From assembly GCA_965204745.1 (NCBI GenBank), contig OZ242010.1, positions 5,120,001-5,184,000 of the forward strand: 64,000 nucleotides of DNA, read 5' to 3'. Numbering within the stretch: the stretch's first letter is position 1; every line of letters begins with the position of its first letter. The notes under the pieces are model-generated. The model worked only from the letters and a program-made list of their open reading frames with translations, was not told where the DNA came from and searched no databases. Origin of the DNA: Candidatus Latescibacterota bacterium (GTDB lineage: Bacteria; Latescibacterota; UBA2968). The position numbers were made by a program, and so were the translations under genes. Shown here in pieces: positions 39,794-50,024 of this stretch.

Positions 39794-40984
39794 TCAGTGA
39801 CCTTCTCCGGCAAAGGTTTCCGCCATGCGCGGGTCGTGCAAGGGCATGAGGGGCACGCCCCTCAGTTGCATGGAGAAAAACGCCAACCACAGCCCGCCGA
39901 TTCCAACGAGGGCCGACAAGTCCAACCAATGGGGATGCAATCCGCCAGAACCGCCGTGCCCAAAAGCGGGGGCGATGAAATAGTACAGATCGACATAGCG
40001 CATCAGCAGCATAAAAACCGCGATCAGTAGCATCAGCGCGGCGCGGCGTTTGATCGCCCGCTGCAACAGCAAGAAGAAGGGCACAAAAAAGTGGAAGAGA
40101 ATCAACGCCGTGCCCACGTATTGCCATCCGCCGTGCGACCGCCGAATGTACCATGGCGCTTCTTCGGCCAAGTTGCCGGACCACGTAATCAAAAATTGCG
40201 AGAAGCTGACATACGCCCACAAGCACGTAAACGCAAACATCAACGTGCCCAAGTCGCTCAAATACTTAAAGGCGTCGACGTTTCGATAGACCTCGACATC
40301 CCGCAATTTAATCACCCACAAGATGCACAATGCCAACGCGCCCAACGCGCCGCCCACCACAAAAATCAAGCCGTAAATCGTGGAAAACCAGTGCGGCTCC
40401 AAAGACATGACCCAATCGGTCGACGCAAAGGTCACCGTTAAAATAAACATGGGAATGCCCGGCCCGCTCATGTTGATCATCCGGCTTTTCAGCCCTGGAT
40501 CCCCGGTTTCATCTTGCTGGCGCGACCACTTCGTCAGCAAAAACATCCACAGCAGCCAGAGGGCGAAATAAACCACTGCGCGCACGTAAAACCCGGCCTC
40601 GTTCAAATACGGCGCCTTAAAGGTCAAAATGGGATCTTTGGCGACGACCTCGGCGTGCGTCCATTCGTACAAATGGTGCATGCCAAAGAACGCGATGGGA
40701 ATGAACAAAACCGCCATGAGCCACAGGGTGCGCGCGCCCGACTCCAACAGCCGCCGGATCACGAACCCCCACCGCCCGCTGACCAAGTGGTGCAACATCA
40801 ACAAGCCCAAACAGCCCAGGGAAATGACCAACCAGTACATATAGCCCACGAGATACGATTGGAAAAACTGTTGCGGATTGGCAAACGCGCCGATGCCAGA
40901 CAAAACCGCGGCGGCCGCGCCGATCAACAGGCCCCGTTGTTGAATGTGATTGACAAATGGATGGTCAAAGGATTGGGTAGCCAT
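39794..40984 (-). CDS. actF: Alternative complex III subunit F
   Basis: Polytopic; 'DW.MSL.PHWFSTIYG', 'WAY..FSQFL..W..NL.EE..WY'. Confidence 0.9.
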   Translation of the reverse strand: MATQSFDHPFVNHIQQRGLLIGAAAAVLSGIGAFANPQQFFQSYLVGYMYWLVISLGCLGLLMLHHLVSGRWGFVIRRLLESGARTLWLMAVLFIPIAFFGMHHLYEWTHAEVVAKDPILTFKAPYLNEAGFYVRAVVYFALWLLWMFLLTKWSRQQDETGDPGLKSRMINMSGPGIPMFILTVTFASTDWVMSLEPHWFSTIYGLIFVVGGALGALALCILWVIKLRDVEVYRNVDAFKYLSDLGTLMFAFTCLWAYVSFSQFLITWSGNLAEEAPWYIRRSHGGWQYVGTALILFHFFVPFFLLLQRAIKRRAALMLLIAVFMLLMRYVDLYYFIAPAFGHGGSGGLHPHWLDLSALVGIGGLWLAFFSMQLRGVPLMPLHDPRMAETFAGEGH

Positions 40985-40990
40985 AATTTT

Positions 40991-41605
40991 CTACTCGTTT
41001 TCGAGGCGGTCGCGCACATCCGCGGGAACATCGTCTAGCGTGGCGTTTTGACTCAGTTGCAAGGCCCGGATATAGGCCGCAATGGCCCAGCGGTCGCGCG
41101 CTTTGACGCGAGACGCATAGCTATACATCGCGCCGAAGCCATTGGTCATCACGTCAAAAAAGTACCCCGGCGTCTCGTTTTGCAGGCGTTCGATGTGGTA
41201 GGACGGGGGTTGTTTCATGCCGCGCCGCACCACCATCCCGCGCCCATCCCCCTGTTGCCCGTGGCAAGGCGTGCAGTAAATAGTGTAGCGTTCTCGGCCG
41301 CGCTGGAGCACCTCGCGCGTAATGGGAAACGGAAAGGTCTCGGCCGGTTGGCCGTTCACCATGCCCGTGTAGAGATGCGCGTCTGTACGCAACTGCCCGC
41401 GTGCGACCGTGCCCTTGATCCAGGGGCGAGAGGACCGCTGATCCGCGAAAAAGGCGTTCTTCTCTAGGGGTTCAAACCGCGACTGGTTGTACATTTCCTG
41501 CCGCAGACGCTCGATATCTGTCGTGCCTTCGCAGCCGAGCAGCAGGCATAGCGCCAGTGTTGCGAGTGTGGATCGACCGATGTGAATTTTACGGTTCGAC
41601 ATCAT
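40991..41605 (-). CDS. actE: Alternative complex III subunit E (monoheme c lipoprotein)
   Basis: Lipobox 'LLGC', 'CTPCHG', 'G.G.M.SYA', 'DRWAI.AYIR.LQ'. Confidence 0.9.
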   Translation of the reverse strand: MMSNRKIHIGRSTLATLALCLLLGCEGTTDIERLRQEMYNQSRFEPLEKNAFFADQRSSRPWIKGTVARGQLRTDAHLYTGMVNGQPAETFPFPITREVLQRGRERYTIYCTPCHGQQGDGRGMVVRRGMKQPPSYHIERLQNETPGYFFDVMTNGFGAMYSYASRVKARDRWAIAAYIRALQLSQNATLDDVPADVRDRLENE

Positions 41606-42119
41606 CTACCTTTTTTGCGTTGAGCCCTTCGAGAAATTCGCGGGTCTTGGAAACGTCAAATTGCGGGTCTTCGGCTTCGATGCACAAAAAGAACCCATCG
41701 CCAGAAGCGCGTTCAAAATTGGGCACATTGAAAACCGGATGGTAGGGCCGCGGCAAGCCATTGAGGATGAGCATGCCGATCAACGCGCCAAAAGCGGAAA
41801 ACAACACGCCGAGTTCAAAGGTCACGGGAATAAAAGACGGCCAACTCAACAGGGGCCGCCCGCCCACGTTGAGCGGATAGTCAATCGCGGAAACCCAGTA
41901 CTGAAGCCCAAACCCGGAACACGCGCCGATCAACGCGCAAATCAACACAATCGCGGGCACGCGATGCTTGTCATAGCCCAGGGATTCCGACAAGTCGTGG
42001 ATGGGCATCGGGGAATACGCATCCATCTTGCGATACCCGGCGCGATACGCGCCTTTCGCGGCTTTGAGCAAGTCGTCAGGCCCATCAAATTCGGCCAACA
42101 GACCGTATAAATCAGCCAT
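41589..42119 (-). CDS. actD: Alternative complex III subunit D (DUF3341)
   Basis: 'AEF.....L..AA', 'DAYSP.P', 'YPLNVGGRP..SWPSFIPVTFE'. Confidence 0.9.
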   Translation of the reverse strand: MADLYGLLAEFDGPDDLLKAAKGAYRAGYRKMDAYSPMPIHDLSESLGYDKHRVPAIVLICALIGACSGFGLQYWVSAIDYPLNVGGRPLLSWPSFIPVTFELGVLFSAFGALIGMLILNGLPRPYHPVFNVPNFERASGDGFFLCIEAEDPQFDVSKTREFLEGLNAKKVDDVEP

Positions 42120-42131
42120 AATCACACCCGA

Positions 42132-43529
42132 TTAGTCATCGGCAGACGCCGCTCCGCGTTCTGCGTGGCTTTGATTGGACACCAGTTGCCGAATTTCAAA
42201 AATGTTGATCACGGGCATCACCCGGATAAACAGGATCATCATAAAGAGGAAAAACCCAATCGTGCCCGCGTACAGGCCCCAGTCCCAAGGCGTGGAGTGG
42301 TACAGGTCCCAAGACGAAGGCAGGAAATCTCGGTGCAAACTCGTCACCACGATGATGAACCGCTCGAGCCACATGCCCACATTGATAAACATCGAAATCA
42401 CAAACAGGCCGAGTGGGCTGAGGCGCACCCGTTTGATCCACAGCAGTTGCGGCACGGCCACATTGCACAAGATCAACGACCAATACGTCGAAGCATAAGG
42501 GCCGTGCATGCGATTTTGCATCATGTAGCCCTCGTAGGGGCTCGCGCTGTACCACGCGAAAAATTGCTCCATCGCATAGCCGTACGCCACGATTAGCCCG
42601 GTGGCGAGCATGACCTTGCCCATGTTGTTCAAATGCCGATCCGTGATGTAATCGTGCAAGCCGTAAAAATAGCGGATGGGCAACCCCAAGGTCAGCACCA
42701 TCGCAAAGCCCGCGTACACCGCGCCCGCCACAAAATAGGGCGGGAAAATGGTCGCGTGCCAGCCGGGAATCAGCCCCACGGAAAAGTCAAAACTCACGAT
42801 GGAATGCACGGACAGCACCAGCGGCGTGGAGACGCCCGCCAAGAGCAGGGACGCCATTTCGTAGTTAAACCAGTGCTTGGCGGAGCCGCGCCATCCCATC
42901 GACAACACCCCGTAGATCAGTTGTGAAATTTTGTGCTTGGCCTTGTCGCGCAAGGTGGCAAAATCCGGAATCAACCCCAGATACCAGAAGATCAGGGACA
43001 CGGTAAAATACGTGCCCACGGCGAACACGTCCCAAATTAGAGGACTGCGAAACTGCGGCCACACGGACATCGTATTGGGATAGGGCAACAGCCAATACGC
43101 CGCCAACCACGGGCGGCCCGTGTGCAACAGCGGAAACATCCCCGCGCACATCACGGCAAAAATGGTCATGGCTTCGGCAAACCGGTTGATGGAATTGCGC
43201 CACTGCTGGCGCATCAGCAACAAGATCGCCGAAATCAACGTGCCCGCGTGCCCGATGCCGATCCACCACACGAAATTGATAATCGCCCAGCCCCAGCCGA
43301 CTGGGACATTCAACCCCCAGATGCCCGTGCCTTTGATCAGCAACCACGTTGCCGACAACATCAACAACTGCAAGATGCCGCCCGCGATCAACATCGCGGC
43401 AATCCACCCCAAGGGCGTGCGACTGGTGATGATCGCGCTGAGTTTTTGCGTCACCGTCGTATAGGTCTGCCCCGGGCCGAGCACGGGGGCCGGCATGGTC
43501 GGGTCTTTGAGAGGCGCGGAACTACCCAT
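42132..43529 (-). CDS. actC: Alternative complex III subunit C (NrfD/PsrC family)
   Basis: 'NFVWWIGIGHAGTLISAIL', 'R.AEAMT.FAV', 'HTGRPW', 'SPL.WDVFA'. Confidence 0.94.
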   Translation of the reverse strand: MGSSAPLKDPTMPAPVLGPGQTYTTVTQKLSAIITSRTPLGWIAAMLIAGGILQLLMLSATWLLIKGTGIWGLNVPVGWGWAIINFVWWIGIGHAGTLISAILLLMRQQWRNSINRFAEAMTIFAVMCAGMFPLLHTGRPWLAAYWLLPYPNTMSVWPQFRSPLIWDVFAVGTYFTVSLIFWYLGLIPDFATLRDKAKHKISQLIYGVLSMGWRGSAKHWFNYEMASLLLAGVSTPLVLSVHSIVSFDFSVGLIPGWHATIFPPYFVAGAVYAGFAMVLTLGLPIRYFYGLHDYITDRHLNNMGKVMLATGLIVAYGYAMEQFFAWYSASPYEGYMMQNRMHGPYASTYWSLILCNVAVPQLLWIKRVRLSPLGLFVISMFINVGMWLERFIIVVTSLHRDFLPSSWDLYHSTPWDWGLYAGTIGFFLFMMILFIRVMPVINIFEIRQLVSNQSHAERGAASADD

Positions 43530-46527
43530 GCTGTGCGATCTCCGGATTGGGGTTGGTCAACCGCGCCAAGTACGTGGTGCGCGGCTCGGTGTTCAACTCG
43601 GTCAAAATGCCGTAATTTCTCTGTTGGGCCTTGAGCTTGGCAACGCGGCTATTGGGGTCTTTGATATCGCCAAACGCGATGGCGTCTGTGGGGCACGCGC
43701 CTTGGCAAGCGGTGGTGATGTCCCCGTCTTTCAAGTCTCGGTCGTCGACCTTGGCCTCGATGCGCGCCGCGCTGATGCGCTGGACGCAATACGTGCATTT
43801 CTCCATCACCCCGCGACCCCGCACGGTCACATTGGGGTTGCGCTGCAACTTGAAACTGTGGGTTTTCTCATCCGCGTAGTGCAAGAAATTGAACCGCCGC
43901 ACCTTGTACGGGCAGTTGTTGGAGCAATACCGCGTGCCCACGCACCGGTTGTACGCCATGTCGTTGAGGCCCTCCGCGCTGTGGACGGTCGCGCCGACCG
44001 GACAAACCAGTTCGCACGGCGCGTTCTCGCACTGCATGCAGGGCACGGGTTGGTTGACGAGTTCGGGATTGTCCAAATCGCCCTTGTAGTATCGGTCGAT
44101 GCGGATCCAGTGCATTTCCCGGCCGTTGAGCACTTGATCTTTGCCCACCACCGGGATGTTGTTTTCCGACTGGCAGGCCACGGTGCAGGCATTGCATCCA
44201 TTGCACGCATTCAGGTCAATCGCCATGCCCCAAGCCTTGCCATCGTTGTCGTGAACCCCGTCAAAAAAGTTGGCATCCGGGCCGGGCGCGTGCCCCATTT
44301 CATGCACAAAGTGCGGGTTGCTTTCGTATTCGCCAACTGTGCCCGAGCGCACCAAAGCGCGGCCTTCCATGCTGTGGTGATCCTGCGTGCAGGCAAGGGG
44401 ATGCGTCTGCCCGGTCTTGGTCATTGACGCGCCCGCAGCGAGCCACGGCGCGTTTGACGTTTGGAGCGCGTACGCATTGAACCCCACGCCATTGCCCACG
44501 CGCCCGGCAACCGTGCGCCCAAACCCGAGATGCACTGTCACCGCGTCTGCGGGATGGCCCGGCGCGATCCACACCGGGGCTTGCACCGAGCGGTCATCGA
44601 CGCGCAACGCGACCACGTCGCCATTTTGAAGCCCCATGCCCTCGGCTGTTGCCGGCGCGATGAGTGCCGCATTGTCCCAGGTTAAGCGCGTGTGGGGCTT
44701 GGGCAATTCCTGCAACCAGCCATTGTTGGCGTATCGCCCGTCGCCAATTGTGGGATCTAGCCGAAAACTCACTTCGAGGCCCTCGCCCGCAGATGAGGGC
44801 GCGCCGTAATTTCCGGTCAAACGCACAGAACGCACGGGCAAAGCCGTATCCGCGACAATGCCATCGTGTAACCACGTCTGCCACGCGGTTTCAAAATCCC
44901 GGCCTTTGTATTGCGCCTGCCAGTATTCCTTGACCCTGTCGTAAGCCGCACGCCCATCCCCGAGCATCATCGCCACCAATTCCGCACTTGACTTGCCCCC
45001 GTAGAGCGGCTCGATCAACGGCTGTACTATCGACACCGTGCCATCAAAAGCGCGCACATCGCCCCACGCTTCCAGGGCGTGGGCTTCGGGCAAATGCCAA
45101 TGGGACAATCGCGCGGTTTCATTTTGGGATTGGCCCAGGTGAACGCGCATGGCGACCTTTTGATACGCATCCGCAAAATCGAGATCCGCAGGCGCGTTGT
45201 AAACCGGATTCCCGCCCAAAACGATGAGCGTAGAAACTCGGCCCTCGACCATATCCACGGCCAAATCTTTGAGGGAAGCGTATTGATTGGTCGGTTCGGC
45301 TTCAACGGGATCCGTGTACGTCACGGTCTTGCCCACATTGCCCAGCGCGCTGTTGATCGCATGGGCGAGCGCGTGAACCGCGGGCGGTTGGTGATCCCCG
45401 GCAATGACCAATGACGCGCCCAGACGCGCCTGCAAGTCTTTGACCAGCGCGTTGAGCCACGCATCATGGCCGGCAGCATTGCCCCCGGGCACCTCGATGC
45501 CCAGCGCAACCGCGATAGCCCGCGCAAAGCCCTCGATCCGACTCGCCTTCAATGGCAAGCGGTGATCCGCCACGGCGCCGGTATTGGAGGGCGTGGATTC
45601 CACGACATAGAGCCGATTCATCTCGGCTTTTTGCCCGTCGACAACTCGCCGACCGAGCGCGAAGTGCCGCGCATGCCGCACACTCGCCGCGCCGGATTCC
45701 GTAAAATCCGCGTCCAATGACAAGACGCGCTTGGCTTTGTCGAAGTGATACTGCGTCTCGACCACCTCGCCAAACGCCATCCTCGCGCCTTCGCGCACAT
45801 TGTCGCGCGTACCCGGTTCAAATTGATGCCATCTGGCATTGGGATATTTGTCCAAGAGCAATTGGATCTGGGCGGTCAAAACGGGCGAGGTCACGGTTTC
45901 CGTCAACAAGCGCAATCCCGCCCCCCGATCCAAATCGAATTTTGCCACCTCGGTCGCGAGCGCGGCGGAAAACCGCGCCCAGGTGCTCGCGCGTCCATTT
46001 GCCACCGGCACCTGCGTGCGGTCCGGATCGTAGAGATCGAGGATTTGGGCCTGCGTGATCGCATCCACAGGTCCAAAAGTCGCATCGCCTTCTCGGGGGG
46101 TCGCCGGATGAATCGGGTTGCCCTCAATTTTCGTGGGCCGCCCCGCATGGCTTTCGACCAACACGCCGCGGGCGAATCCGCCTTGCGACAGCGCAGACGC
46201 AAAAAACAGGGGTTTTCCGGGGATCAACTGCTCGGGCGCACGCACGTAAGGGACGATTTTTTCTGGAGGCTGGCGCGTGCAAGAGGTCAACCCGGCAAAA
46301 GCCAGAGACGCGCCCATCACCTGCAAAAATTTGCGCCGACCGACTTTGTCGCCCCATTCGGAAGCGCCTTCGGGAAACTCGCGGTGCAAGTAGTTGCGAA
46401 ATTCGTCCGTATCGGCCAACTCGTTCAGGCTACGCCAATAATCCCGACCCTTATTTTGGGCCAGGCGTTCCCGAATCGCAGAGAGGTCCAAACCGTTTTT
46501 GTGCGCTTTGCGCGTCATCGATGACAT
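43522..46527 (-). CDS. actB: Alternative complex III subunit B (TAT-exported molybdopterin-oxidoreductase-like + 4Fe-4S)
   Basis: 'YWRSL.EL', TAT 'RRKFLQ', 'GRPTKIEGNP.HP', 'CNGCNACTVAC', 'CMQCENAPC', 'CVGTRYCSNNCPY', 'EKCTYC'; exact start uncertain. Confidence 0.93.
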   Translation of the reverse strand: MSSMTRKAHKNGLDLSAIRERLAQNKGRDYWRSLNELADTDEFRNYLHREFPEGASEWGDKVGRRKFLQVMGASLAFAGLTSCTRQPPEKIVPYVRAPEQLIPGKPLFFASALSQGGFARGVLVESHAGRPTKIEGNPIHPATPREGDATFGPVDAITQAQILDLYDPDRTQVPVANGRASTWARFSAALATEVAKFDLDRGAGLRLLTETVTSPVLTAQIQLLLDKYPNARWHQFEPGTRDNVREGARMAFGEVVETQYHFDKAKRVLSLDADFTESGAASVRHARHFALGRRVVDGQKAEMNRLYVVESTPSNTGAVADHRLPLKASRIEGFARAIAVALGIEVPGGNAAGHDAWLNALVKDLQARLGASLVIAGDHQPPAVHALAHAINSALGNVGKTVTYTDPVEAEPTNQYASLKDLAVDMVEGRVSTLIVLGGNPVYNAPADLDFADAYQKVAMRVHLGQSQNETARLSHWHLPEAHALEAWGDVRAFDGTVSIVQPLIEPLYGGKSSAELVAMMLGDGRAAYDRVKEYWQAQYKGRDFETAWQTWLHDGIVADTALPVRSVRLTGNYGAPSSAGEGLEVSFRLDPTIGDGRYANNGWLQELPKPHTRLTWDNAALIAPATAEGMGLQNGDVVALRVDDRSVQAPVWIAPGHPADAVTVHLGFGRTVAGRVGNGVGFNAYALQTSNAPWLAAGASMTKTGQTHPLACTQDHHSMEGRALVRSGTVGEYESNPHFVHEMGHAPGPDANFFDGVHDNDGKAWGMAIDLNACNGCNACTVACQSENNIPVVGKDQVLNGREMHWIRIDRYYKGDLDNPELVNQPVPCMQCENAPCELVCPVGATVHSAEGLNDMAYNRCVGTRYCSNNCPYKVRRFNFLHYADEKTHSFKLQRNPNVTVRGRGVMEKCTYCVQRISAARIEAKVDDRDLKDGDITTACQGACPTDAIAFGDIKDPNSRVAKLKAQQRNYGILTELNTEPRTTYLARLTNPNPEIAQHG

Positions 46528-47183
46528 GTCGAGCAATCCGTAGAGGGGTTGATGTCGTATGCTTTGACCAGTTGCGCGCCCAGCGCGACTTGAGAGACCA
46601 CATGCCCGTGTTCGTCAGTGGGTTGCCACGTCATGTTGAAAACCTCTTCGCGGGGCCGCACAAATTTCTCGGGCGCTCGGTGACAGTCCAAGCACCATTC
46701 CATGTTGAGGGTGTTCACCTTCCACATCAGCGGCATCTGATCGACCTGCCCGTGACAGGTCTGGCAACCAATGCCTTTGTGAACGTGAATGCTGTGGTTG
46801 AAATAGACGAAATCGGGAAGATCGTGGACGCGCACCCATTCGATGGGGTTGCCCGTGCGATAACTCTCGCGGATGGGTTCGAGCAGTGGGCTTTCCGTCC
46901 AGATTTGGGAGTGGCAGGTCATGCAGGTTTCAACAGGAGGGATATTGGCAAAAGAGGATTCTTCTACCGAGGTGTGACAATACCGACAATCGATGCCCAC
47001 GCCCGTCACATGGTGCTTGTGACTGAAGGGAACCGGCTGTTTTTTCGCAACCTGAACATCGGTTGTGTAGTGCAATCGGTTGGTGTTGAGCAAAATGGAG
47101 AGGCCCGTTCCAACGACAACCAGAACCGCGACAATGCTGACTCTGGCAAATGCGTTGCTACCACGCGGAAAAAGCTGCGCCAT
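46515..47183 (-). CDS. actA: Alternative complex III subunit A (pentaheme cytochrome c)
   Basis: Five CxxCH motifs (CRYCH, CMTCH, CQTCH, CLDCH, CSTCH), 'QPVPFSH.HH'. Confidence 0.94.
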   Translation of the reverse strand: MAQLFPRGSNAFARVSIVAVLVVVGTGLSILLNTNRLHYTTDVQVAKKQPVPFSHKHHVTGVGIDCRYCHTSVEESSFANIPPVETCMTCHSQIWTESPLLEPIRESYRTGNPIEWVRVHDLPDFVYFNHSIHVHKGIGCQTCHGQVDQMPLMWKVNTLNMEWCLDCHRAPEKFVRPREEVFNMTWQPTDEHGHVVSQVALGAQLVKAYDINPSTDCSTCHR

Positions 47184-47350
47184 TGATGGAGACCTTGTAA
47201 AATGAAGATGAAAACATTAAGAATAAATCAGCTCGAGCATACGCAAAGTCTAATATACAGGAATGCCTTTACGAGTCAAGCAATAAGTTTTGCTCTAAAA
47301 AAGCTGTTCGCTGTCACCAGTTTTGTTTGGTGAATCAGTTGTCAGTTGTC

Positions 47351-47417
47351 AATGCGAATTAAGAGTAGAAAGCGAGTAAGAAGCAAGCCGCGGTCAATCG
47401 TCCAAAGACAAGAACGA
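47351..47417 (-). mobile_element. Second, shorter IS982 right-end remnant
   Basis: Reverse complement of about 23828-23894 with two mismatches seen. Confidence 0.8.
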
Positions 47418-47504
47418 CTCATCCATTATAGGATCGCACTTTAGAACTCGTCAAAAAAACGATGTCCCCTCCTCCGGCTCTTCCCCGCAACGGAGAGATG
47501 TTAT

Positions 47505-47540
47505 TCCCCCTTGTATCTCCCCTCTTGCCTCTCCCGCCTC
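47505..47540 (-). repeat. Heptamer module immediately after a stop codon
   Basis: rc GAGGCGGGAGAGGCAAGAGGGGAGATACAAGGGG. Confidence 0.75.
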
Positions 47541-48538
47541 TATTCCTCAAACGCCGCGTCGAACGCCACATCCGAGGGTTCAAAGTCGATCTCATTGACA
47601 AAGGCGCAGGCTTCGGTCGCGCCGTGTTCGCGGTCCATCCCGGAATCCTCCCACTCGACCGAGAGCGGGCCGTCGTAGCCAATGTCGTTGAGCGCGCGGA
47701 TGATCTCTTCAAACGCCACGCTGCCGCGTCCGAGGGAGCGAAAATCCCAACTGCGGTCTGGATCCCCAAAATTGGTGTGCCCGCCAAAAATGCCCGCGCG
47801 CTTGGGATAGGGCGACAAGTACGCGTCTTTCATGTGGACGTGGTAAATCCGATCCCTGAACGTGTGGATAAATCCCACGTAATCCACATTTTGATAGACC
47901 AGATGGCTCGGATCGTAATTGAACCCGAACTCGGGGCGATTGTCCAATGCGGTCAATGCCCGTGCAGAAGACGAAATATCAAACGCGATTTCCGTTGGAT
48001 GCACCTCCAGGCCAAAACGCACGTCGCAGGCTTGAAACACATCCAGGATCGGATTCCAGCGATCCGCAAAATCCCGAAAGCCGGCGTCGATCTGATCGGG
48101 TGACACCGGGGGAAACGAATACAACAAATGCCAAATCGACGACCCGGTGAACCCGTTGACCACCTCGAGGCCCATCGCTTTTGCGGCTTCGGCGGTCGTC
48201 TTCATCTCTTCCGCAGCGCGTTGGCGCACGCCTTCTGGATCCCCATCATCCCACACATGGGGCGGCAAAATGGCCTGATGCCGCGCGTCGATATTGTCGC
48301 ACACGGCTTGCCCGGCAAGGTGATTGCTGATGGCAAAGCACTGCATGCCGTATTGCTCGAGCAACTCCTTTTTCTCGCGCACGTACCCATCATTAGACGC
48401 GGCTTCGCGCACGTCCATGTGATCGCCCCAACACGCGAGTTCCACGCCGTCATAGCCAAAATCCCTGGCCTTTTGCAACATCTCGTCCAGCGGCAAATCC
48501 GCCCACTGTCCTGTGAACAACGTCACTGGTCTTGCCAT
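47540..48538 (-). CDS. Sugar phosphate isomerase/epimerase family protein
   Basis: '[15 protein letters not shown]', '[11 protein letters not shown]', 'NYDPSH', 'HVHMKD', 'SVEWED'. Confidence 0.88.
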   Translation of the reverse strand: MARPVTLFTGQWADLPLDEMLQKARDFGYDGVELACWGDHMDVREAASNDGYVREKKELLEQYGMQCFAISNHLAGQAVCDNIDARHQAILPPHVWDDGDPEGVRQRAAEEMKTTAEAAKAMGLEVVNGFTGSSIWHLLYSFPPVSPDQIDAGFRDFADRWNPILDVFQACDVRFGLEVHPTEIAFDISSSARALTALDNRPEFGFNYDPSHLVYQNVDYVGFIHTFRDRIYHVHMKDAYLSPYPKRAGIFGGHTNFGDPDRSWDFRSLGRGSVAFEEIIRALNDIGYDGPLSVEWEDSGMDREHGATEACAFVNEIDFEPSDVAFDAAFEE

Positions 48539-48595
48539 TTCTCACTCCTTGTTGAAAGCAAATCAAAGTGCGTCGGGTCTTGAGAAGCGGGGAAG

Positions 48596-48745
48596 CTCTC
48601 CCTTCTTGTATCTTTGACCGAGCACGGGGCATCGCCCCTACACACCGCTCGCCTTTGAACTGGCTGTCTGCCAGTTGTACCCCTTTTGTGCCTTTTGTGC
48701 CTTTTGTGCCTTTTGTGGCTAAAATCCCTTCTCACCTCTCCCCTG
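48596..48745 (-). repeat. Composite repeat: heptamers + (CACAAAAGG)x4 + palindrome + GTAG REP-like hairpin
   Basis: rc order: GGGAGAGGTGAGAAGGGATTTTAGCCAC(AAAAGGCAC)n GGGGTACAACTGGCAGACAGCCAGTTCAAAGGCGAG...GTAGGGGCGATGCCCCGTGCTC..AAAGATACAAG. Confidence 0.88.
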
Positions 48746-48748
48746 TCG

Positions 48749-49906
48749 TTACACCCGCGGCACATCCATCCACCTGCCGGACTTCGCCGAATCCACGACC
48801 GCTTCCAAAACAGCCTGAACCTTTGTGCCCTCGGCAAAGTCGGGCGAGAATGTCTCGTCCTTTGCAATGGCCTCAAAGAAATCCCGAAATTCGTGCGTGA
48901 ACGTGTGTTCCCAACCGATGATGTGCCCCGGCGGCCACCACGCGGACATAAAGGGTTGGCTGCCCTCGCCCACGATAATCTCGCGGAACCCCTGAATGTG
49001 ATCCTCGTCTTCGCGCGAATAGAATTGCAACTCGTTCATCTTTTCCAAATTGAACGCAATGCTCCCCTTGCTGCCGTTGATTTCAAACCGGTTGTGATTG
49101 CGCCGCCCGGCTGCAAATCGCGTGGCTTCAAACGAGCCGAGCGCGCCATTGGCAAATCGCGCCAAAAACAAGGTGGCATCATCCACAGTCACGCGGCCCA
49201 TTGTGTCGCCGGCCTTCGCGCCCAATCCCGCGTCGACCGCTTCGAGGGTGGGACGTTCTTTGATAAACGTGGTATCCGCGCCGACCACGCTGTCGATATC
49301 CCCTACGAGGTGTAGCGCGAGGTCGATGATATGCGCGTTCAAATCCCCGTGCGGCCCGGACCCGGCCTTGTCTTTTTCCAACCGCCAGACCAGCGGGAAA
49401 TCCGGATCGATGATCCAGTCTTGCAAATACACGGCGCGCCAGTGGTAAATTTTTCCAATCCGCCCTTCGGCGATCAACTGTTGCGCCAAAGCCACCGCGG
49501 GCACGCGCCGATAGTTGAACGCCACCATCGTCTTTTTCGACGCGTTCGCGGCCACGGCCAGCAATTCTCGGGCTTCTTCAAGGGTGTTTGCCAGCGGCTT
49601 TTCGCAAATCACATGCTTGCCCGCTTGCAACGCGGCCAGTGCCATGGGCAAGTGCAGGTTGCCGGGCGTGCAAATGTCGACGATGTCGATGTCGTCTCGG
49701 GCGATGACCTTTTCCCAGTCGGTCTCCCATTCCGCCCAACCGTACGTTTGGGCCGCGTCTTGCACCGCGTCTCGGTTGCGCCCGCAGATCACTTTCAACA
49801 CGGGTTTCACGTCGAGTTCGGGAAAAAACGCGGGCACTTGTCGAAACCCATTGCTGTGCGCCTTGCCCATAAACGAATACCCGATCATGCCGATATTGAG
49901 TTCCAT
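48749..49906 (-). CDS. Gfo/Idh/MocA oxidoreductase (levoglucosan dehydrogenase-like)
   Basis: 'IGMIGYSFMGKAHS', 'CEKP', 'FNYRR.PA', 'YLQDW', 'GD..AHIID', 'GH..GWEH'. Confidence 0.88.
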   Translation of the reverse strand: MELNIGMIGYSFMGKAHSNGFRQVPAFFPELDVKPVLKVICGRNRDAVQDAAQTYGWAEWETDWEKVIARDDIDIVDICTPGNLHLPMALAALQAGKHVICEKPLANTLEEARELLAVAANASKKTMVAFNYRRVPAVALAQQLIAEGRIGKIYHWRAVYLQDWIIDPDFPLVWRLEKDKAGSGPHGDLNAHIIDLALHLVGDIDSVVGADTTFIKERPTLEAVDAGLGAKAGDTMGRVTVDDATLFLARFANGALGSFEATRFAAGRRNHNRFEINGSKGSIAFNLEKMNELQFYSREDEDHIQGFREIIVGEGSQPFMSAWWPPGHIIGWEHTFTHEFRDFFEAIAKDETFSPDFAEGTKVQAVLEAVVDSAKSGRWMDVPRV

Positions 49907-50024
49907 AACACCTCCTCGTTTGAAATCCAAAATGGTTGTCGATATTCCCGAAAAAATTCAGCGATGGTCACGTCTGCGATAGCCTGTTTCAGTTCATCAT
50001 TGGCGCGTACGCATTGGGCATCCC

